Below are positions 55,000-64,000 of a stretch of DNA of 64,000 nucleotides, one piece after another. The notes beneath the pieces are model-generated. The model worked only from the letters and a program-made list of their open reading frames with translations. It was not told the origin of the DNA and ran no database searches. The stretch comes from Octopus vulgaris (Eukaryota). The stretch lies in assembly GCA_951406725.2 (NCBI GenBank), contig OX597826.1:5084001-5148000 (forward strand), read 5' to 3'. Made by a program: the position numbers and the translations under genes. Within the stretch, counting starts at the first letter, position 1, and the number at the start of each line of letters is the position of its first letter.

Positions 55000-56109
55000 T
55001 TACATATCTTATTTTCTGTCTTTCTAGTTCTCTCTTCGACACATTATTGTATCAAGGTAAAAGCAATATGTCCGCTTTCTATAACATTTTTCTTTACTTT
55101 TTTATGATCACACAGTATACATTGAATCTTAACGCATAAATAAAGAAAGCAAGACGTAAAGAAAACCATAAATCTCTTACAAAAAAAAAGAAAGAAAAAA
55201 GAAAAAAGAACGAAAACACAGTAACAAAAAGCGAATCGTAAAAAAATAGTTTTCTTCCGTTAGTTCAAACCATTAATCAGTCTGATCTGCAATGAAACAA
55301 TAGCTTGATTACTTAGATAGTGGTTTCAGTTTTGTAGGTATTCAAATGGAACAGAATCTCGTAGGTTTAATGCAATAATGCATTGGTAACTGGTAAAATC
55401 ATGGATTTTTTTTTCACTTCTGTTTTAACGAAGTTCGTCAGCAGCTCAAAGAAGAAATAAGTTACGTCAGCAAATATGGCGAAATATAAACATCCAGTCA
55501 TCCATAATACATACGCACTCACTCTCACACACACTCACAGACACACAGACACGCACACTAGCACATACAACATCACACTCATACACACACATATATACAT
55601 ACATATATACATACATTAATACATAGACCATACATATCCTTAATACATACACACACACACATACAGAGATACAGCTTACAGATTCTAATATATATACATA
55701 CATGCGGCATATAGATTCTTATATATATATATATGATTATTAAAAGGGCACAATATGCACTTGTTTGCTGGAAAGAAGAGTTAAAACTCTCCAAAGCCAC
55801 GCATCTCTTACTATACATTAACACGTATTAAGAATGTAGCAGATATAGTGAAAAACCGTCCTCCTCATTTGTAAAATTACGCAGAGAAGTGTAGATATCC
55901 CAGCATCAATAGATTTCACTTCGGCACTCAAAGATCATCAACTAGGCTTTCTACATAAACTATTTAAAAAATACATTTACCATTTCTTGCACATTTCTTC
56001 AGCTGAAGGCCCTGCGACTTCCCAACGAACAACAGCGTGGAAGTATAAATTCAAAATTCAAATAAAATATCATTATCTTAAAAAAATAAACATCTCTTCA
56101 GTTTCGCTC

Positions 56110-56260
56110 GCAGATTTTTTTAATTATTTGAAACTTCGTATACTGTTGTAATTTATCACTATGAAAACCGTTTACTTTAAGCATTTTTGACAAAATGTCG
56201 TATTTTAGAAGTTATGTCGTGTTAAATTTGTCATATTTGGGTATTTTTAATCAAACAACA
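56110..56260 (+). mobile_element. Decayed fragment related to the arm of the 44438 foldback
   Basis: tttttgacaaaatgtcgtattttagaagttatgtcgtgttaaatttgt aligns with 44552-44600. Confidence 0.65.
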
Positions 56261-57155
56261 ATTGAAAGTCGAGGAACAATATGCACCTGTTTGCTAGAAA
56301 GAAGAGTTAAACTCTCCAAAGCCACGCATACAGTATACATAGTCTATATATTTCATATCTATCTATCTAGCTATCTATTTATCTATATATCTATTGTGTG
56401 TATATATATGTGTGTGTATATGTATATATGTGTATACAACGTACATATTCTTTTATGTATAAACACACGCATACAGGTAGATGGATAAGTAGATGGATGG
56501 AGGGAGGGAGGATAGATAGATTACATCTGTCCATCTATCCACAAGGAATAATTAGATAGGTAGATAGAATGATAGGGAGAGAAAATGACAGACAAAGACA
56601 GGCAGTTACACACACACACACACATATATATATATATTAAGATAAATATTGATACGTAGTTAAGAATTAGACCAGGAGTGAGAGTGATGTTTGGGTGATA
56701 GTTTACAGGCGTGTGTAAATTTAATCTTATGAATTCTCTACTAGCATTAAAAAAAATATCATCTATAATATTTTCTCTCACAACGTATTGTCATTCTATA
56801 GAAATGCAAATCCTGTCGTATAAAAATATTCTGCTGAAAATCCATTGATATTCCTGCGAATATTATATGCCTTTAATGATGAATCCATGTCAAAATATGA
56901 AGCTTGTAGTTATGGTAAATAGCTTTCTTTTCTTCTATTGAGATCTTCATCAAGATTTTCAAAATGGATGTTTGAAGCAATATAAGTACTAAGGTCAATT
57001 TTTTTTTTTGTCACTGAGCTCTTCATTGTGAAACTTAATAAACATTGGATTATTAAATTATTCTAAATTCTTGGTTCATGGAATATTCGGGATCATCAAC
57101 AGAATTCGGTCAATGTGAAATTGCAGCACGTCCGAATTTTGAAAACGCAAAATTC

Positions 57156-57231
<76 letters not shown>

Positions 57232-57840
57232 ATTTTAAGGGCTAAAAACCACTATGTGGACAGCCATATGCTAGAAATAGATCACCTACGATCAAATTAC
57301 AAAGAAAGAATATTCTCTAGAGAAAAATATATTATGGAGATGTACTTGCATAGCAAGTGACCTGATCTGATATCGTGTGCTGGAACGAAAACAATTGCAG
57401 CGTAGAAGGTGCTTATAAGTGAAGGTGCTTATCAGTGAACAGGTCGCGATTTCAAAGCGACGAAAATATTTTCACAAATTAAGTTTAAATGTTGAAGTGA
57501 ATCTAACGGTTTTTGTGTGTTTCTTAAATGGCTTAAGAACACCTTCCACTCAGCAATATATACTTCAGCGTATTGTGTGCAATGAATGGGTGTCGCCCTT
57601 GACGTATTTGCGTTTGTTTTATGATGTTTGATTATGAAATAACCTTCATAAGTTTTCGCTGGGATCTGCGGTCTGCTTGAGTAAAACAAATGTATAATGG
57701 GTCGCAAGAAGCAAATATATCGAATTATCTTGAAAACTGAATTCCTGAACGAAATAGATGCAATGTCATAGATTCTGATAAAGAGAACAAATGCCAGGCA
57801 ATTGTGTTGAACTGGCTTACGAATTCTATTTTATATAATA

Positions 57841-58237
57841 CTAGCAGTATCGCCCGGCGTTGCTCGGGTTTGTAAGGGAAATAACTATATAAGCATTTTT
57901 AGAGAGTTATAGCCAAAACATAGCAAAAAATGCATTAAAAATCGAAAAAAAACGATGGTAAATTTTTTAAAAAATCGTTGACTCATCGTAGACATTTTTA
58001 GAGAGTTAGTTCCGTTATATAATAGCGAAAAAAAGGCATTAAAATTTTAAAAAATGATGGTAAATTTTTTAAAAAATCGGAGACTCATCGTAGACGGGCG
58101 CTAATACCCAGAAGGGCTCGATATGAATCACGACTATAAGATACCCGGTTTTGGTTAAAATGCACCGCAAAATGTGGGAGTAGTTAGGAATCTAAATCGT
58201 AGGAGACAGACACACAATTTCTCTTTTATATATAATA
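57841..58237 (-). mobile_element. Non-autonomous Helitron, copy 2
   Basis: Same 3' hairpin + CTAG|T end and same 5' region as 1065-1464. The interior differs; the 5' TC is mutated. Confidence 0.85.
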
Positions 58238-58627
58238 TTTCATGCCGACTTCTTAAAGATGGTGCATGAGGAGAACCAAGGTCACTGACTTGGTGGAGAG
58301 AATGGTCGAGCATAGTCATCCGCGTATATCCGACTCATACTAGCATTACTATGCATGGAATTCTGGAAGGAGAAAAACGACCTCATCAGGATCCACATTT
58401 AGAACATTATGAGTGAGAAATAATAGAATATTGAAATTGGTCCGATGAAATACCCACTTTGACTATCCACATATATAAACAAATATAACGATTGGATAAG
58501 AAAAAAAGTACTATTAGCTATGTAATGAGAGATTAAGTACGCGATCGTTTGAATTGCTAGAAATTCCAGTGAAATTTTCAAAGTTTCATATCCTTATGTT
58601 TCAAAATGTAAAGGATAAGGTTTGTGT

Positions 58628-58802
58628 TACAGTTCTATATTTAAGAGATGAGGAATTATGTACAATATTTACATTTGACGGATATTAGTCCTCATCTTGT
58701 TTGTTGTTAACACAACGTTTCGACTGATATACCCTCCAGCATTCATTAGGAGTCTTGGAAAAATTTCGAACCGGGGTTCTCATTCCTAAGGTGTTTTTCG
58801 AA

Positions 58803-58835
<33 letters not shown>

Positions 58836-58996
58836 GTTATTATTATTGTTATTATTCAGGTCACTGCCTTGAATCGAACTCGGAATCTTGAGGTTAGTAG
58901 CCCGCGCTCTCAACCACTACGCCATATGCGCGTGGGCATATAGTGTTAACAACAAACAAGATGAGGACAAATATCCGTCAAATGTCAATAATGTAA
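58628..58996 (-). mobile_element. tRNA-headed hammerhead-bearing element, copy 2
   Basis: Head 58929-58859 (TGGCGTAGTGG A box, GAGTTCGATTC B box), (AAT)n, degenerate HHR 58753-58710 (CUAAUGA), tail ending aaatatagaactgta. Inverted partial tail at 58943-58996. Confidence 0.8.
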
Positions 58997-59142
58997 GGTT
59001 TGTGTTGTCCTATTTACATTGTACTGAATCAAATGGGCTGATCAGCAGTGAAATTACTTTGTTCATAGATAAGATTGATCAGGGTTGCTCTATGGTTAAG
59101 CAAAAAATGTAACAAACGGAACAAAAAAATACTACAAATATA

Positions 59143-59305
59143 GGCGTAGGAGTGGCTGTGTGGTAAGTAGCTTGCTTACGAACAACCTGGTTCCGGGTTC
59201 AGTCCCACTGCGTGGCTCCTTGGGTAAGTATCTTTTACTATAGACAAGGGCCGATCAAAGCCTTGTGAGTGGATTTGGTAGACGGAAACTGAAAGAAGCC
59301 CGTCG

Positions 59306-59348
<43 letters not shown>

Positions 59349-59605
59349 TCGCGTGCGTGTGTGTGTGTGTGTGTTTGTGTGAGTGTATATGTTTGTGTGT
59401 CTGTGTTTCTCCCCCAACATCGCTTGACAACTGATGCTGGTGTGTTTACGTTCCCGTAACTTAGCGGTTCGGCAAAAGGGACCGATAGAATTAGTACTAG
59501 GCTTACAAAGAATAAGTCCTGGTTCGATTTGCTCGATTAAAGGCGATGCTCCAGCATGGCCACAGTCAAAGGATTGAAACAAGTAAAAGAGTAAAGAGTA
59601 AAGAG
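59143..59605 (+). mobile_element. Major tRNA-SINE, full length
   Basis: ggcgtaggagtggctgtgtggtaag...(TA)n(TG)n...(AAAGAGT)n. Confidence 0.9.
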
Positions 59606-60639
59606 ACAGTTGACTAGGTCGAAAATACTAATAAAAGAAGTAAGAAAACGCCTAAGAATTTCAATTGCCTTAAAAGGAAAACCAGTATTTAAATTCCTAC
59701 TGTCAATAAAATTCTTTTACTAATCGCAAAATTATTTCAGCCATGGCAAATATTCACACCGAGTCGCAGACGTTCGCTCGTGTATCGCCGACATATAACA
59801 ACCATAAATGATTTTGTTGGCTATCACCAGTTCTAATCTCCAGCGCACACAGTTAAATGTCAAAAGAACGGCGCTCACCACATATCCTTTGTTACATATG
59901 AACGATGCTTCAACCTATCACATGACCATACTGCCGACTAAACTCTGATGACTTGTTTGTTGTGAGGCTGTCTGTCAATGTGGCATCCTTTCGACTATTA
60001 AGCCTAATTCTGTACTCTAATTAGTATTAATGTTTCGTTCCACTCATTCCTGATTGAGTAAAACTATTCATATCTTCGATCATATATTGCTATTAATATT
60101 TAGTAATAATTTATTCAATGCGCCCATTTGTTTTACAAGTCGCTAGCTTGCAATTTAGGCAATATTTGGCCACTATTTCTAACAACTTTAGCAATGTAGA
60201 TTGACGTGTTGATCAAAAAGAAGATAGAAAAGTAGACACAGCCAGGATAATGCAACAACTGTACTTGAACATTTATAGGTGATAAGATGCATAAGGCAGG
60301 ACAAACACACATACACTGCGCACGGACAGACACACATATGTACGAGCGCGCACAAACTTTTGGACAATATTTTTATTAATTCTAAGTAAAATAAAGTCAC
60401 TTCAACTTCCTAAATTTTTAAATGCTTTCTTCAATTCTCTTGCATTCTTATGAAGAAAGTAATGAGAAACACGTATGAAACGTCTTTGTCTCGTAGACGA
60501 ATATTACATTTTGTGCTTATGAGAAAATTCACATACTGAAGGAGAATTTTGAGAAGTGAATGGTTAGTTATTTATCGCCAATATTCCTAATACTGGAAAT
60601 AATTAATAATTAATGCCATATTGTGCGATGTTCCTTTTC

Positions 60640-61032
60640 TACTCTAGACACGAGGCCCAATAATGTTTGGGGAGTCGGGGCAGTCGATTAGATCGACGCA
60701 AGTACGCAACTGGTTATTAATTTATCAACCCTGAAATGATGAAAGGCAAAGTCGACCTCGGCGGAATTCGAACTCAGAACGTAAAGACAGAGGATAAACC
60801 TATTTTTTTTACTACCCACAAGCGGCTAAACACAGAGAGGACAAGCAAAGACAGACAAACGGATTAAGTCGATTACATTGACTCCAGTGCGTAACTGGTA
60901 CTTATTTAACCGACTCCGAAAGGATGAAAGGCAGTCACCCTCCGCGGAATTTGAACTCAGAACGTAGTGACAGACGAAATACCGCTAAGCATTTCGCCCG
61001 GCGTGCTAACTTTTCTGCCAGCTCACTGCCTT
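60640..61032 (-). mobile_element. Nin-like SINE with duplicated body
   Basis: Head at about 61030, two gaaaggcaaagtcgacctc-type domains; reverse of the 47171 units. Confidence 0.82.
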
Positions 61033-62881
61033 AATCTATATCGTTTGCTATTTATATGGTTTCTACCGATACTGCAGTTACTCCCACAGACATTATTACT
61101 GTAACCGTTTTATATTAGCAAGGTAGTCTCTATTGTTATATCATCTGTCGTTGAAGATGTCATAACTACTGCCATTCCTCTCCGGCAATCACATACAAAT
61201 CCTATAAAATTTTTCTTATCCATTCTCCAGTTGGTCTACTTCAGTCCAACCAAATAATTTCCCATCAATCAATTGTATACAATACAATAAACTTTGATAA
61301 ATTTAGGCACACACCATGGTATAATGCTAATAGTTCGAGCTCATAAATATTTTTATCATTAAAGTAATTGTACAAACGATCAAACATTGTACATATGACT
61401 CAGAAAATCCATGCTCACGAAACACTTAATATGGAAATACCATTATCTGATTGATTTCAATATGTATTTTTTTTCCTGCAGAATATTTCTAGTAAGGCTC
61501 TCTAATAGCGAACACTGTATATGTTACTTCTAATTTAAGTGTAAGTGAAAACAAAATGTGTTTTGTTATTGGTGGTGGTCTTATACAGAATAAATTTTTC
61601 GAACGAAAGTTCAAGTTCGAAACGTCTGTGTCCTCTCGTCCAAGCCGTATATACGTTCTTCCAAACCTATCTGTTTAATTCATCTATTCACAGCTATATT
61701 TTAGTGTAATACAGGAAAATATAGTGCCCGAAAAAACACCCTTTTCTATGTGACCGACAGAAAAAAAATATATATCCAATACGACTAATAAAAGGGAAGT
61801 ACGGTAAATCTGCAAATAAAAAAAAGGAAAAAACAAAAACAACGACGAAAAAACCATCAAAATATAAACAACATAAATAGTATTTTGTTATTGCAATCAT
61901 TATAATTATTAATATGTTCTTGTTGTTACCAATATTTTTTTTGAGATTATTATATTATACTCTTTCAATAATTATGTTTTAAAATTTCTTTATAGTATTT
62001 TTTTTGTAAAAGACTTTTCTTCTCCGAGATTACATATAACTTCAAAAACTTTATGCCGTCTGCGAATTATTCTGCCTTTTAAAATGAAATGAAACATAAT
62101 ACGAATACATACATACACATATATACACACAACCATACATACATATATATATATATGATGTATATATATAATATGAATATATGTATAATGTATATATAAT
62201 ATGAATATATAGATAATATTAATATATATATATACGTGTATATATATAAATATATCACATGTATATATATATGTATGCATATATGTATATATATCTATAT
62301 CTATATCTATCTATATATATATATGTGTGTGTGTGTGTATATATGTGTATATATATACATAATATGTACACATATATATATATATATTTATATACACACA
62401 CACAAACGTACTTGCATATACACGCGCAAATTCACAGACACATATAAACACGTATATACTCGCAAATATATTTTTTAGCGTATGTTTTCGACTTTACTTT
62501 TATGAATTTTAATATATTGTCGCTTCGTTTTTTCCTGTTTTTTTAAAATTCTTTATTTCGTTTATTTTTTCCTCGTATTTTCTTCATCTTTCCATCTCTC
62601 CCTAAGTATTTTCCAATTTTTGCTGCCCGATATTAAGTGAAATCAGAAAAAAAAAATTCTATTACGTTTTTCCTGAATATAAATTGAAGGAAGCAGAAGC
62701 AAAATACATTTATATATAAACACATTTGACACAATTTTATATGCGTGTATATATATATATATATATATACAAATATATATTTTTATATATATACTTCTTT
62801 ATATATATATATATATACATATATATTTATATATGGATATTCATATATATTTATATACATATATGCATATATATTTATATA

Positions 62882-62920
<39 letters not shown>

Positions 62921-63370
62921 GTATAAATTTTTGTTCAGTAAATATTATTTGAAACCAAAGTAGTGTAGACTTTCAAAGTTATATACATAGATTTAAGTAT
63001 TTTCGCAAGAAATGACAAGAAAAACGGAAGACAAAAAAAAAAACTAAAAAGAAGAAAAGAGCAAACGAAAGATTAAGAAAAAGAAACTGAAAAATGAAAT
63101 TGTCAAATTTATTTTTAAATAGATAGCAATGAAGTAGCGGCTTTAACAATAACAGCAATATTAGTGATAATAGAAAAAGCAATAATAGAAATGATGTTGC
63201 TGCTGCTGCTGATGTTATTATACAAATCTTGTATATAGAAGCGAGTGTATGAAAATGTATATAGTGTGAGTATTTAATACGTTTAATTCAATAAGTTTAA
63301 TCACATATCACGTGTGTGAGTAGACCTGCGTGTATGTGTGTAGTGTATATATATATGTGTAGTGAGTATG

Positions 63371-63406
<36 letters not shown>

Positions 63407-63504
63407 GGTACGTCATTAATGATATTGCAATGCAACACGTTTTAGAATTTCTGTTATCTATTTACATATATGTACGGTACAGATATATGCAGAAACATTG
63501 TGTG

Positions 63505-63872
<368 letters not shown>

Positions 63873-63919
63873 ATATATATGTATATATATGTATGCATAT
63901 GTATGTATATGTATGTATA

Positions 63920-63976
<57 letters not shown>

Positions 63977-64000
63977 ATATATATGTATATATATGTATGT

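Noticed and set aside
57394-57556. Imperfect 25-bp inverted repeat
   Set aside because: Single copy in the window, no TSD, and the loop is too long for a miRNA precursor; probably part of an unclassified repeat.
58859-58929. Possible tRNA gene (ACT in the anticodon-like loop); also 8716-8786
   Set aside because: The acceptor stem does not pair and it is fused to a repeat body, so it is treated as a SINE-like head.

Overview
This is very AT-rich, microsatellite-dense animal genomic DNA. The SINE families and (TA)n/(CA)n/(CATA)n content point to an octopus or other coleoid cephalopod (inference; no database was consulted). The only credible protein-coding gene is the 3' end of a spliced + strand gene: four phase-compatible exons (2634-2783, 7628-7728, 9007-9118, 10636-10838) encoding an 8-Cys extracellular-type domain, a polar spacer and a hydrophobic C-terminal tail. 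Nearly all other ORFs in the supplied track are microsatellite or SINE artefacts. The rest of the window is transposons: tRNA-derived SINEs, two non-autonomous Helitrons, GG..CC MITEs and a foldback with 8-bp TSDs, CR1-type LINE remnants and a 5S rRNA pseudogene. The most striking signal is a set of at least six sequence-distinct type I hammerhead ribozyme (HHR) motifs. One sits in a 5'-truncated Penelope-like element (PLE) that retains its GIY-YIG endonuclease remnant. Several sit in short non-coding elements embedded in (TA)n tracts. One family joins a tRNA-like Pol III head to an HHR-bearing tail with PLE-style inverted ends, making it a candidate Penelope-mobilised 'ribozyme SINE'.
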